Part shown: positions 12,473-25,526 of the stretch, piece by piece
How the letters are laid out: each line of letters starts with the position of its first letter
Position numbering within the stretch: position 1 is the stretch's first letter
The notes under the pieces: model-generated
Databases searched by the model: none
Seen by the model: only the letters and a program-made list of their open reading frames with translations
Told to the model about the DNA's origin: nothing
DNA from: Octopus vulgaris
Taxonomy: Eukaryota
Reading direction: 5' to 3'
NCBI GenBank assembly: GCA_951406725.2
Contig: OX597821.1
Location: 118,606,001-118,670,000 of the forward strand
DNA: 64,000 nt
Program-made: the position numbers and the translations under genes

Positions 12473-12841
12473 ATGTATGTATATATATATATATATATAT
12501 ATGTATATACACGACAGAGTTTCTCCCGTCGAAAATGACGTATGAGATTTCAGCTTATTTTTTTGTCGAACAACCTGCACAAAGCATTTGTTTATAATGG
12601 TCGAATGTACGTGCCGCACATTAGCTTAATCTCCCCATCAAGACCGACGTTGTGTCACGCGTCAGGTGTCGAAGTGATTGCAGAGTGATGTGAGATGTAG
12701 TGTTTTGCTGAAGAATACAAGGCACCAACCGGACTAGGAAATGAAGTCACAATCCAGCGATCGTGTGTGCAATACCATAACCACTAGGACATCCGCCCTC
12801 ACAGACATACACACACACGCACACACATACACAAATATGTA

Positions 12842-12889
<48 letters not shown>

Positions 12890-12891
12890 TA

Positions 12892-13212
12892 TATTAGAGA
12901 CAAAACCACTATTTTGCAAAACAAACAAGGAAAGACTTAATCAATACATAAAATTTTAATAAATAGTCAAAAAAACCGCCACTACAATTGTTTCTTGTCT
13001 TGATCGACAATCTTCAGGTGGACTTCCAATAAGTCAGTTTCAAATTATGACTATTTATTAAAATTTTATGTATTGATTAAGTCTTTCCTTGTTTGTTTTG
13101 CAAAATAGTGGTTTTGTCTCTAATAATATTTTATAATATTTTACTATAAAATTGGATTTAATCCTAAATCTGATTTTTTCCCTGTAAATTTGGATGTATT
13201 CCCTAATATTTA
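12892..13212. mobile_element. (TA)n-flanked inverted-repeat HHR element
   Basis: Perfect 78-bp arms 12892-12969 and 13048-13125 around an HHR; a related fragment lies at 36835-36948. Confidence 0.78.
12979..13021 (-). ncRNA. Minimal type I hammerhead ribozyme (intact)
   Basis: CCAC-CTGAAGA-TTGTC-GATCAA-GACAA-GAAA-CAATTG-TA|GTGG. Confidence 0.9.
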
Positions 13213-13216
13213 TTAT

Positions 13217-13253
<37 letters not shown>

Positions 13254-13557
13254 TAAATATACATAAGAGTTTTTTGAGTAATAAGATAAAAAGCAAGGCT
13301 GTATAGATATTAGAGCATTTATAGATAGAGCTGTAAGACCTTCTATCTATAAATGCTCTAATATCTATACAGCGTTGGCTTTCTATCACATTACGTACAA
13401 ATCTCTTATAAACACAGGCTAACATAGAACCAACGTTGAAACCTTTATTCGCAATATTACCGAATCTGGAACTTAACTATGATCTGTCTATAGCACTCAT
13501 TCAGCATTACCTGACACATTTGGGTCTCAATGACACCATTATCTCTTATATATATAA

Positions 13558-13963
13558 GGAGTGCAGGAGTGGCTGTGTGGTAAGTAGCTTGCTAACCAGC
13601 CACATGGTTCCGGGTTCAGTTCCACTGCGTGGCATCTTGGGCAAGTGTCTTCTGCTATAGCCCCGGGCCGACCAATGCCTTGTGAGTGGATTTGGTAGAC
13701 GGAAACCGAAAGAAGCCTGTCGTATATATGTATATATATATGTATGTGTGTGTGAGATTGTGTGTCTGTGTTTGTCCCCCTAGCATTGCTTGACAACCGA
13801 TGCTGGTGTGTTTACGTCCACGTCACTTAGCGGTTCGGCAAAAGAGAGCGATAGAATAAGTACTGGGCTTACAAAGAATAAGTCCCGGGGTCGATTTTCT
13901 CGACTAAAGGCGGTGCTCCAGCATGGCCACAGTCAAATGACTGAAACAAGTAAGTAAAGTAAA
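13558..13963 (+). mobile_element. tRNA-derived SINE family A with an internal microsatellite
   Basis: A/B-box head (TGGCTGTGTGG...GGTTCAGTTCC) and conserved body; other copies at 7524-7930 (-) and 20120-20562 (-), with partials near 37450 and 57850. Confidence 0.85.
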
Positions 13964-14029
13964 GATATACATATATATATATATATATACAGGCATACAT
14001 ACACACAAACCTACATACATATACATGTG

Positions 14030-14072
<43 letters not shown>

Positions 14073-14148
14073 ATGTATGTATGTATATATATATATATGT
14101 GTGTATATATACATATATATATATATGTATATATGTATATATATACAT

Positions 14149-14199
<51 letters not shown>

Positions 14200-14659
14200 C
14201 CACAAAAATATAGATAGCACACATTTATCTAACAACTTAGCTCTATTCCCAGACCCCCTAAAAAAATTGGCGGTCGCTCTATTTTGTGGTGCACGCCACC
14301 ATTCTCTTTTAACATTAAGAACTTATCTAAATCCTTCTTTAGAATACAAGACTGTAACTTCCCTCGACAACATAAATATAATTTAATCGGTGCACCCTGA
14401 AACTATCTTATTCTAACTCACCTAACTTCGAATCTATTGTAGCAGCGTCGAATAAGCCAAAGCTCTCTCTTTACTATCAAAACTCACATAACTACAACTC
14501 TAGTAATACAAACACTGAACGCACACACAGACCCAGCACAGATACCCTTGCATTAGACCACAACCACAACCCAATCCATCCTACTGACACTGCACGGAAC
14601 ACCACCACAATCTCTAACGCCCCTAAAAATAGCAGAATTAATAATAACTATAGTAGTAG

Positions 14660-14716
14660 TGACGGTGATAGTCATGATAACGTTGGTAATGATGATGATG
14701 ATGATGATGATGATAC

Positions 14717-14776
<60 letters not shown>

Positions 14777-14781
14777 TAGTA

Positions 14782-14838
<57 letters not shown>

Positions 14839-15129
14839 GTCATAATAATAATAATAATAATAATAAAACAGAAACAATTCCTATCATAGTAGGTGCATTA
14901 GGCATGATAAAAAAATATTCAGACAAATACATAACAAAAACACCAGGACTTACAAACACATATAACATACAGAAAATTGCACTACTAGGCACTGCACACA
15001 TCCTACGCAGAACACTTTCCATACAATAACCATCAGAGCATCACAACAAATCACAGCACATACCCAAGGCACACAGAGCTGCGCTCGGTAGTGAAGTGAA
15101 AGCACGCTATAAAAATAAAAGTAAAACTA

Positions 15130-15200
<71 letters not shown>

Positions 15201-15215
15201 TAATAATATTAATAA
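14660..15215. repeat. (TAA)n/(TGA)n microsatellite split by a Dong-like insertion
   Basis: Directly visible. Confidence 0.95.
14866..15133 (+). mobile_element. 5-prime-truncated Dong-like element inserted in (TAA)n
   Basis: IPIIVGALG...IQKIALLGTAHILRRTLSIQ* plus 3-prime UTR; long (TAA)n on both sides. Confidence 0.8.
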
Positions 15216-15289
15216 TATAGAAATTTTCACCCCCTTCTATAACCTCTCCTTTGACGATACAACCTCCTCTATTTCCCAACACGGTCCCC

Positions 15290-15720
15290 AAAATTCACCT
15301 AATTGTAATTGCCGTCCTGGAACCATCTGCCCTTTACAAACCCACTGCTGAAGATATAATAATGTAATTTACAAATGAACGGTCCTTAATCTATTACACA
15401 ATTCTAAAGACATATATATAGCATCAACTACAAATTTTATGCAACAGTATGCCACTCATCTCCATTCTTTAAAGATACGATAAACATAGTAAATCTACAA
15501 CACTCGCCAACCACATACATCATCTCAAAAATAGAAATACACCCTATACTCTATCATGGTCCATACTGGACTCAGGACTTCCCTACCGAGGTCCACGCTC
15601 AACCTGCAAGCTTTGCCTGAAGGAGGCACTCCACATATTAAAGCACAACTCTCCAACACTGCTAAATAAACATAATGAGGCACTAAGCACATGCAACCAC
15701 CGCTTTTATCACACATTCAG
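15290..15720 (+). mobile_element. Decayed Penelope-like GIY-YIG fragment
   Basis: NCNCRPGTICPLQTHC..NVIYK...YIASTTNF.QQY..HLHSF with stops and frameshifts. Confidence 0.65.
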
Positions 15721-17042
15721 ATTCTACCACAAATCTAAATGCCAGGATGACCATACAATACATTTCCACAATACCCCTTAGGTAATCCCAATAACCTTAT
15801 AAATCTATATTCTAACTCATAATTCCTATCTAGTTCTTCGCATATACAACCATCTAATTATATTCGTATGTATGTGCATACACCCATGTGCGCGTGTATA
15901 TGTATGAGTGAGTGTATGCGTTTATGTATTTGGCTATTTGTAAATATACGTATGCATGCAAGGTATATATACCTGAGTATACAGGGGCGATGATACATGC
16001 AGATGCACGTATACGTGAGTGTGTATGTGTGCATATGCATGCGAGAAGGGATTGTTTGAGTAACTTGTCTGATATATACATATGTATACAGCTTCACATA
16101 TATTTTCTTATATTACTAAGCACTGAACTACTAAACCATATAAATTCCTTAATTCTTCATACTAATAACCCCTCTCTCTGCCCCTACACTTAGACTCTAC
16201 CACTACACATTTGCCATTACTTTACATTTTACCATACCCGCATTCCTTCTATCTTTTTACACTATAATACCTTTCTCTCTCTTTAACCCTTCATCTCCCC
16301 ACTCCTATTTTCTAATTATCTCCACTGACCACTGACTTATCTATATCTTCATTTTTCTTTTTCTTTCTTTCCTTTATCCTTCTCTTCAGGGTTTTTTTTC
16401 ATTATTTTATTATTTTTCTTCTTACTTTATTCTCCTTCTTCTCTCTCTTTTTCTCTTCTTTTTTTCTCTTTCTTCATTCCCCTCTTCCTGTTTTCGATTT
16501 TATCCTACTAATACATTCCCTATTTTTAGGTCACTTTAAATAAAAACCTTTGACTCTACAACACTGTGCATGTACTTGGAATGACCAAGTTTAAATACTG
16601 CTGGATTTCACTCATAAGGTATTGGAACCTTACAGTGTGTATAAGCTCCATATTTGGAAGGACCCATTTTAAACTCAGTTGGATTTTACTCATAAGGTAT
16701 TGGAATCTTACATATATATCATTCTGCCTGAAAAATGGATCTACAACTTCAATATCCCTACATATCTTCCATCTATTTTCTTTCTTTTAATTTCGTGTCT
16801 TTGTATGAACAAACATTAGTACAATATTTACAAATTAGAAAAATAATACCCACTGTTACAGAGATGAGTATCATGTTATAAATAGTGAGGCAGAGACAAC
16901 ACGTATATATGTATATGTATTAAAGAAAGCAAAAAATAAAACAAAAATGATAATGTTCAGTATGTTGGCGACGGGAATTTCTGTCAAAAAGACATGGTTA
17001 AACAAAGTTGTACAACATCTCCCTCTTCCTCTCACATACCCA

Positions 17043-17078
<36 letters not shown>

Positions 17079-18560
17079 ATTAATCCCACTGCCACCATCA
17101 ACACTACTACTTTTAATGAAACATCAACAACTCTCCCTAAATTTCTTTATCTCTCTTTCTCTCCCTCTCTTTTTCTTTCTCTCTCTTTCTCACTGTCTGT
17201 CTTCGCCACCGCTCTCACAGTCTCTATGCCTACTATTACTCTCATCCCAGCATGAGGAATAGTAGAAGTGTATTTGAATAGTGAGAGATGGGGTCTAAGT
17301 GTGACACACTGACACACAGACATTAGTATTCGTATCTATTATATTAGATTCTCAGAAAATCTATCCCGCTTTAAAAATATAAGTAGTGTGGCAGATTCCT
17401 TTGACTAATCCCGTCAACGTGGTGCCCCAGAATATCCGCAATTCACTGACTGAGGCAAGGAAAGATAAAAGATAAAATATGAATCATGTATTTGCTATTT
17501 GTGTTCCCGTGTCTTAATATCACGCAAAAGTTGTAAACTTGGATCACCGTCATACAAGCGGGCTTCTTTGTTTCTTGAAAACCTTTTCTGTCAGAGGAAC
17601 AGTTTTCTTCGCCTGAATCAGGTGATGTTTGGTGTTTGTAACAGCATCTGACCATAGAAAATCTGTGTCACTGAATTCTGCCCGACCCATGCAACCGTAG
17701 CAATATGGACGTTAGAAGAATGATATTATACATGGGTGCGTATGTGTGTGAGTGTGTGTGTACGCGTGTGAATGTGTGTGTATGTGTGTGAGCGTGTGTG
17801 TATGTGCGAGAGTGTATGTTTGTGTGTAATGCGTGTATGTGTGTGTATGTGTTTGATTGCGTGTATCTGTTTGAGTATGTTTATGTGTGTATGTGTGAGT
17901 GTGTGTATGTGTGTGAGTGTGAGAGTGAGAGTGAGTGAGTGTGTGTGAAAGAGAGTGAGAGAGAGACGTAGAGTGAATGTGTGTGTGTTTGTGTGTTTGC
18001 CTTTATGCGTTTCTCACAGAAGTTTCTCCTAAGTGACTTGGTGTATTAAATCAAAGATCTTTATGACAAAATATTATTGCTAAAACTGTTTAATATTTGT
18101 ATTTCATTTACAAATGTTGTTCACATTTTTGACTTTAATCTAATGCTGTTTCAAGAGAATGTTGTGATTTAATTGACACCCGGTCAACCTCTGCACGAAT
18201 CAGCAAATGTTTAGCTTGTTTAATGCCTTATATTGGAATAAAGAGACTGGATTAACTCAGGATGTCTGGGATCTTCGTCGCTTTGTAGCGGCCAAATCAA
18301 ACTGAAACATCGTTGATGCCCTCTCTGTGTTTTTAATACACCAAATTCCTTAAGCGAAGTCTATCCGAGACAAAACTCAGAACAAGCGCCGTTCTGAGTT
18401 TCTCTATGCATTATAAATGATCTACACACAAACTGTCATATACAGATGAGTACATACATGTAAACATTGGCAGTTATGTTGTATTAATATTGTTTCAGCC
18501 ATTATAAAAAAAAACGTATCAATGAATTCAAACAGAAAGAAGAAAAGTTTTGTTCCGTAC

Positions 18561-18718
18561 CCTATAGAGCTTATCATTCCTCATGGAGTAAAATACTACC
18601 CTTGCAAGGGTTGATCTTTGTTCGTCTTTCAGATGTTTTGGTAAACTCTTTGGTAAGGAAATAAAGGAAAGTGTCTGTATATCATCTTGTTGTTGGTCAG
18701 AGTAGAGTGGTTATAGAG
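18561..18718 (-). CDS. Adhesion GPCR exon: GAIN subdomain B (apparent 1-nt deletion)
   Basis: TTTTTCTCTACCAG/GTACGG; the main frame reads DQQQDDIQTLSFISLPKSL...RVVFYSMRNDKLYR. Its 158-nt length between two phase-0 junctions implies a frameshift or use of the internal acceptor at 18675-18676. Confidence 0.8.
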
Positions 18719-19140
18719 CTGGTAGAGAAAAATAAAATGAAAATTGAAATTGATAAATAATAAATAACACTACAACTGTTGCTGTTGTTATTGTTGTAAC
18801 CTCTTCTTCCACAACAACTTTAATATTACAACACATATCATAATAGCTAAAACTATCAATACCAAAAAACTACCACTATCTCATTCATAGGCAACCATTG
18901 GGGGGTTCTGCATTGATCAACTAATTCTTAGTCTGTCTAGTAGTTTTCTATTTTTGTCTCAATCTCTTTCTCGGGTTTGCAGTGACAGGAATACAGAAGT
19001 ATTTGGTGCAAAATCATGTTTATCGCATTGTTTTTAACCATTGACATCATTTTTTACTATTTATTCCTAAATCCTTTTGTAAGAAACACACATACAACCA
19101 AATACATGCGTATAACCCCAGAGCTATACATAATTACACA

Positions 19141-19629
19141 TTGGCACAAATGTCCATTTCACTGAATTGGTTGGCAATATTAACCAGCTCAAGACTATAT
19201 CCATTAATGACGGAACCAAAAGTGAAAAAATGTGGTCGGCCTAACAGTGGCACATGCCCCCACCTTTTGGAGGGTTCAGAGTTCCACTTTAAACAAGGTG
19301 AAATATTTAAGATTAAGTCAAATTTCGCCTGTGCCTCGGAAAACCTAATTTATGCCATTACCTGCTTAAGGTGCGGTAATCAGGATATTGGCCAAACAGG
19401 AATATCACTCCGTCGAAGAACCACTCTCCTCAAAGAACAAATCCACCACCCACAATACAGACAGATACAGGTCAGTGAACACATAGACAGGTGTGCTAGG
19501 ATCCTAAATCCTAATTTCCTAATTTTCCCCTTCTATCGATGTTCACAGAACACCTCAGTACAACAAAGAATGAATAAAGAGGCAACTTTCATCAATACGT
19601 ATCTTCCACAATTCAATATAAACACATAA
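19141..19629 (+). mobile_element. Penelope-like element GIY-YIG endonuclease fragment
   Basis: KCGRPNSGTCPHL...FACASENLIYAITCLRCGNQDIGQTG.SLRRR...VSEHIDRC...KEATFINTYLPQFN matches the PLE GIY-YIG pattern. Confidence 0.85.
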
Positions 19630-19996
19630 CATAATATAGAAGACTACTAACCTTTCAATTAATACTACTAACCCCCATACATCCCATACACCATTCATAT
19701 TACAGTATTATTTCTACCCTAACTGCTCCAAATCCAGAACCACTTACCTCCATTACACATAATCTTTTTACTCAGGGACTAGTAGACCCGATAGCTTTCG
19801 GTAATCGATGTGCATTCAAAGGCAGTGAACAGTAATTGACAAAATCGGTATGCCTTTGAATCTCTTTAACAATTCTCAATAATGAGTTTTATTACTTTTA
19901 TTCCTACCTCAGTTCATCTAATTGTATATATACCAATCGCTACTTTTCCCTTATATTTCCACATGTAGTTTCTATTTTCTTTTTCAAATATATCTC

Positions 19997-20074
<78 letters not shown>

Positions 20075-20119
20075 GTGTGTATATATATATATATATGTAT
20101 ATATGTATATATGTATATA

Positions 20120-20340
20120 CTCTTTTACTCTTTTACATGTTTCAGTCATTTTGACTGCGGCCATGCTGGAGCACCGCCTTTAATCGAGCAACTAGACCCC
20201 GGGACTTATTCTTTTTGTAAGCCCAGTACTTATTCTATCGGTCTCTTATTGGCGAACTGCTAAGTAATGGGGACATAAACACACCAGCAACGGTTGTCAA
20301 GCAATGCTAGGGGGACAAACACAGACACACAAACAAACAC

Positions 20341-20397
<57 letters not shown>

Positions 20398-20561
20398 TAC
20401 GACAGGCTTCTTTCAGTTTTCGTCTACCAAATCCACTCACAAGGCTTTGGTCGGCCCGGGGCTAGACAGAAGACAATTGCCCAAGATGCCACGCGGTGGG
20501 ACTGAACCCGGAACCATGTGGTTAGTTAGCAAGCTACTTACCACACAGCCACTCCTGCGCC

Positions 20562-20562
<1 letters not shown>
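20120..20562 (-). mobile_element. tRNA-derived SINE family A
   Basis: Reverse-complement homolog of 13558-13963. Confidence 0.85.
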
Positions 20563-20608
<46 letters not shown>

Positions 20609-21699
20609 ACGACTGTGTGTATTCATGTAGTCACACGCGCATGTGTATGTGTGTGTATTGGTTGACGGCCGCAGTAAATACACATAAAGAACATTATTTC
20701 TCGCACCATTGTTACCACACTTATTTTATTACATTTAATAGATGTAGAAAAAAAGATAAAGGACAGATGATGGAGGAGCAGAAGAATTTGAAAATATAAT
20801 TAACCTAGTATCTCTTTAACAATTAGACTCATTAATATAAACCTATAAACAGAAGTGTCGTCGTCCATAGACAAAGTTGTTGAATGGTTAGTTTTGAGAG
20901 TCTGGCATTTTGTGGCCGCCACAGAAATTCTAAGCCATTTAGCAGCAGGCACAAGAAATGTTTTATAGTGAAGAACACAACTTTCTGTACTTTTCTGTGG
21001 TTGTGTTAATAATATAATTTGTGTTAATAATTTGTCATCAAATATATAAGATTTAAAAAGAAATATGAAAGAACTTGTATAACGAGATTACACTGTTGTG
21101 CTTTGGACATTTAACTGGACGACTTTTGGTGTTTAATTGAAAATGCACGATATTATATATTAACGGACGTATATATGAATGTTGAGTGGTGAGAACGGAC
21201 TGTATTGGTGTGTGTGTATATATTTATGTGTACATATAAATATGAATCAGTCTGCATGAACGAGAATGTGCATATATGTTGAGAGAAAAACTGGGCAAAA
21301 TGAATGAGATATAAGGTGCAAGAGAGAAAGAGGGGCGTCGGCACTGGTATAGTGAAGAAAGTTGGGAGGCAGTAGTGAAAAACCAACCTGCGATCGCTGA
21401 GTCTCTCCCAGAAAATGACGACAAACGACACGAGATGAACCGTCATTTTAAAGCAAATTGGGATTTTAAAAGCATATCTTTATTATCTATTCCCACGGAT
21501 TCAATCTGTATCTGTCAAACCTCCCCACCAACTCATCTTCACATCACCCACACTACGATCACCCCTGACTATGGCATAATTTCCTCAGTTGCTGTAATTA
21601 TATGAGCCGAACTGCACATATTCCATCCCTCTTTTGTGCTACTAATTATCCCTTTCCTTGGAATCACTTCTTTTATCCCTCATCTAACACTTCTATCAC

Positions 21700-23430
21700 G
21701 TACAAACAAGAAAGATTTTGTTACAGAAGACCAAATAAGTGTTCCTCGCTTATTTTGCTATTCTCATTTTAAATCTATAATTACATTTTTTCTATAATGT
21801 CTAGATTTTGTGTGAAATGCCCATCACTTAATAAGATTTCTTACCACGTCCAGATTTTGGTTTTAATCATCTTAATGCCAGTGATATGGTGTTTGCTTTT
21901 CAAGGTGAAAGCAATTTCTGCTTGACAATTATATGAAGATTCTAATGATTCTGATCAATTAAATTTATCCCGAGTTAGCCACACTGAGTCAAGAGTTGCC
22001 AATTGCCTAACGGTTAGTCGCTGCATGACAGCCAAGTAGATTCGTTGTTGAAGACAGCAGTTCACCAGAAGAGTTTGATAGTGAAATAGAAATAGGGGAA
22101 AGCATGACATATATTTTCCAGATGCAACCAGCTCCTTACATTTGGGAAGTCAAATGGAGTTAAATGACATAGTGTCCAATTTGGAATTATTAAAAGAAAA
22201 GGTATAGTTGCACGGTTCCAGACCTCAAGATCGGAATTTTCTCCAGCGAAACTCCAAAGTTCCTATTTACCATCTGCAGTTTTCATCATTTTACTTAGAC
22301 GAGGACAACATTTGTTTCTGCCATGATATCAGTGGTTTGATAGAAAGGATTGGTTTTTGCTATGATCCAAAACTATGGAGACTGTCTGTTGACTCTAGAG
22401 AAGCTCGTCTTAAAGCTCTATTACTGTACAACGGCAATGAAAATCTTTCAATATCTTTAGCCACTGATCTTAATGACTTATGAATTAGTGGAACTGCTAC
22501 TAAGCTTCATCAAATATAAGGACCACATATGTAGTATTTGTGACTACCTTAAAGTTGTATTATTACTTCTTGGGTTATCTGCTTTTTGTGTCCATGGAAC
22601 AGCAGAGATGGCAAGAAATACAACAAAAAACGTGATTGGCCATCTAGAACTGAACATGTTGGTAATCACAATGTGAAATACCCAGCACTTACTGACCCTC
22701 AGAAAGACCATCTTCCACCACTTCACATTACACGTGGGCCTTTGAAGAATTTCATGAAGAGTATGGATGATCAATGTAGTGGTTTCCAATAATTAAAGGA
22801 TAAATTCAAAGGAATTTTTACAGATGCAAACCTAGAAGCTGAAGGTTTCACTTTACCTCAGATCTGCAGTGTCATCCTCGACTCATCGTTTACATTTAAT
22901 CTAAATGAGAAAAAACTAGGAGACTGGGCGACAAGCCTGATGAGCAATTCCACCAACAGATCTCAGTTAAGGAAAACAGATCCCAAGGTAATTTCAATCC
23001 AAATATGAAGCGAGATTATTGTTGGTTCCTGCAGAAGGAGAACTCGTCTTCATACAAATAACAAATTAAGAGAAAATATTAAAGTTTCCCTTAGGAACAG
23101 GAAATCGCCTTTCGGTAGTGACAACAAAATACTAATGTGCTTTGGGTGGGTGGTTGGTTGGTTGGGCGGAGGGATGGTAATTCTACCAACGGAATTCTGT
23201 TTTAAGCTGGAAGAAGGAGGAAAAAACACACCTGTTCACTAATTATTTATGTATGCTTAACATAAAACGTGGCATGGAAAAGTACTTAGACGGCTTTCGT
23301 AATAAAAGCAGGCGACAAAAAAAGGAAAAATAAGGGATTTCGATTCCACAAAATCTGGATGTGATAGAACAATTTAGATGTCAGATGTGAAATTAGCATC
23401 AGAAATTGGATAGGAATCAGGAATTGACGT
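21700..23430 (+). mobile_element. Decayed DNA transposon, probably Chapaev (CMC)-like
   Basis: WRLSVDS..RLKALLLYNGN; CPWNSRD; DWP.R; LPPLHI..G..KNF.K.M; FHQQI; DYCWFL. Family assignment is from recalled motifs. Confidence 0.6.
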
Positions 23431-24761
23431 GTGTGTAACAAAGAAGTTGAGGTGTGTTGCCTAGGATTATCATCCTTTTGTTCCCTATTTCCAATGAACG
23501 TTTCTTTGCCCTGAATACCCTCTTACATCTGCCATCGAAATCACTTTACTTTTCGTCACTCAATATATCCAGTCCTACGTGCCTCTTACCTCTATCTCTG
23601 TCACTGTGCAACTTCTCTATCCTCTGCACTTCACATTATCTCACTATATCTTAACTATCAATGGTTTTATTTAATTCTTGCTCCCCGCCGTTTTATTTTT
23701 GCTTTGTCCCCAATCTCCTCCTCCTCCTCTATTTTCATTACCTTCCCCTAAACTGAGATTCTCCATTGCCCACGCCTCCAATCATGTCAACCACTCAAAA
23801 TTCAATTACATCTTTGTGCCATGGGTGAAGGGTAAAGAACCCCTTCTTTCATCAATGACCATGGGATTGCGCCCAGGAAGTTCCCCTCCGAGGCACCAGT
23901 CCGGGCGAGGTTGTTCGTGGAGTCGTTCATGCATATCAGCCTCCCTCTCCACCAATGTTTTCCAAGGGAAATCGCAAAATCCGATACAGCTTTGCATCAG
24001 TGACCTCACAACTCATTTTTACAGCTGAGTGAACTTGAGCGACGAGAAATAAATAGTTTGGTTCAAAGACACAGCAAACAGCCCGGCGCGGGAATCGAAC
24101 TCATTACCTCATGGTTGTGAGACCAACATACTAATGGTATGAGAAAAGTACCCATTCCACTCTGTAAAGTGGTTGACATTAGGGAGGGCAACATCCATCC
24201 ACAGAAATCAAGCCAAAGCTGACAATGTAGCACAATACAGTCCCTGGGGAGACCGGATTCTGTCAATCCATTCAACTCACGCCAGCATGAAACATGGACG
24301 TTAAATGATGATGAGGATGAGGATGATGATGATCATGAGGATGATATAATATAGATGAAACTCGCACAAATGATGATGAGGAGGATTATGATGATCATGA
24401 GGATAATGATGATGATGATGTAATATAGGTGAAACTCGCACAAAATTGTTATTTTTTTCTGATGAAGCAAAGATCAGAAAAATAATGCAGTCAGTTGTAA
24501 GTTCTAATCATTACGTTAGCATTGCAGCTGATTTGTTTAATCTGTATGCTATGTATGTGAGTGTGTGTGTGAGTGTGTGTGTGTGTGTGTGCTTGTGTGT
24601 GCTTTATATTTAAAATTGTAAGTTGCATCAGATAATGTGTATACAATAACTAGTTTATACAACAATAAATGAAATTATATTCCAGTTCAAATGTATTTCA
24701 TCAATTCGGGTGTTTATAACAAAATGGTTAACGAGAGAGTAATCATGAGAACATTTGGTAC

Positions 24762-24933
24762 CCGTGAGTTTGCTTCTGTTTCATTAGTTCCGTGGGAAAC
24801 ACCATAGAAAAGACCATCGAAAGTATCTTGATTCACTTTGGCAACACCAATACCAAGATTCGAGTATGAAACGTTGACTTGCTGCTCTTCCAGTGGAATT
24901 GTTTCTGGCGTTATTTTTATAATGTCCAGCATT
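24762..24933 (-). CDS. Adhesion GPCR exon: GAIN
   Basis: 172-nt phase 2-0 exon, TCTTCAG/GTACCA; MLDIIK...VNVSYSNLGIGVAKVNQDTFDGLFYGV... Confidence 0.88.
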
Positions 24934-25213
24934 CTGAAGAGAAAATCAAGAAGACGATTTTTAATTAACAGTGTGTTTCTAATACGTAATTAGCTATAGG
25001 TGTAATTACACTAATTAGCTTAACTAACAAGGCTTTGTATGCTACTGATGCTTCTACTACTTCCGTTGTTGCTAGGTTAGCGTTGATGCAGCAACTTTTA
25101 TTATTTGTGCCGCTCCAAATATGGCTACTGCTACTGCTACTTTTCTTTTTTCTTTTTCTCTCTCTTTCTTCTTCTTCTTCTTCTTCTTATTATTATTATT
25201 ATTCTTCTTCTTT

Positions 25214-25279
<66 letters not shown>

Positions 25280-25303
25280 ACAGAAAACAGATTTGAATAT
25301 TAC

Positions 25304-25526
25304 CTGCTGACACTTCTATTAGATAGTTCTGCCGCAACCAAAACCTTCTTTGGTGTGTTAATTATATTGTTTATGCTACGTATATGGTTCAGTCTTGTGT
25401 CAGCCGATGCGTTCAATGGCACCATTTCCTCAAGAATATCTACAGCCAAGTCAATATCTTGTTGTTTGAAATACACTGATTTCTGCGAAACATTCAAGAC
25501 CTCTTTCGAAATATTGGCGATATTCC
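25304..25526 (-). CDS. Adhesion GPCR exon: GAIN subdomain A
   Basis: 223-nt phase 1-2 exon, TTGCAG/GTAATA; NIANISKEVLNVSQK...DIDLAVDILEEMV...SINNIINTPKKVLVAAE. Confidence 0.88.

Noticed and set aside
13558-13640. tRNA-like A/B boxes
   Set aside because: SINE head with no complete cloverleaf, so not a tRNA gene.
16585-16712. Two ~45-nt direct repeats resembling a repeat-spacer array
   Set aside because: Only two degenerate copies in eukaryotic intron DNA; a simple tandem duplication, not CRISPR.
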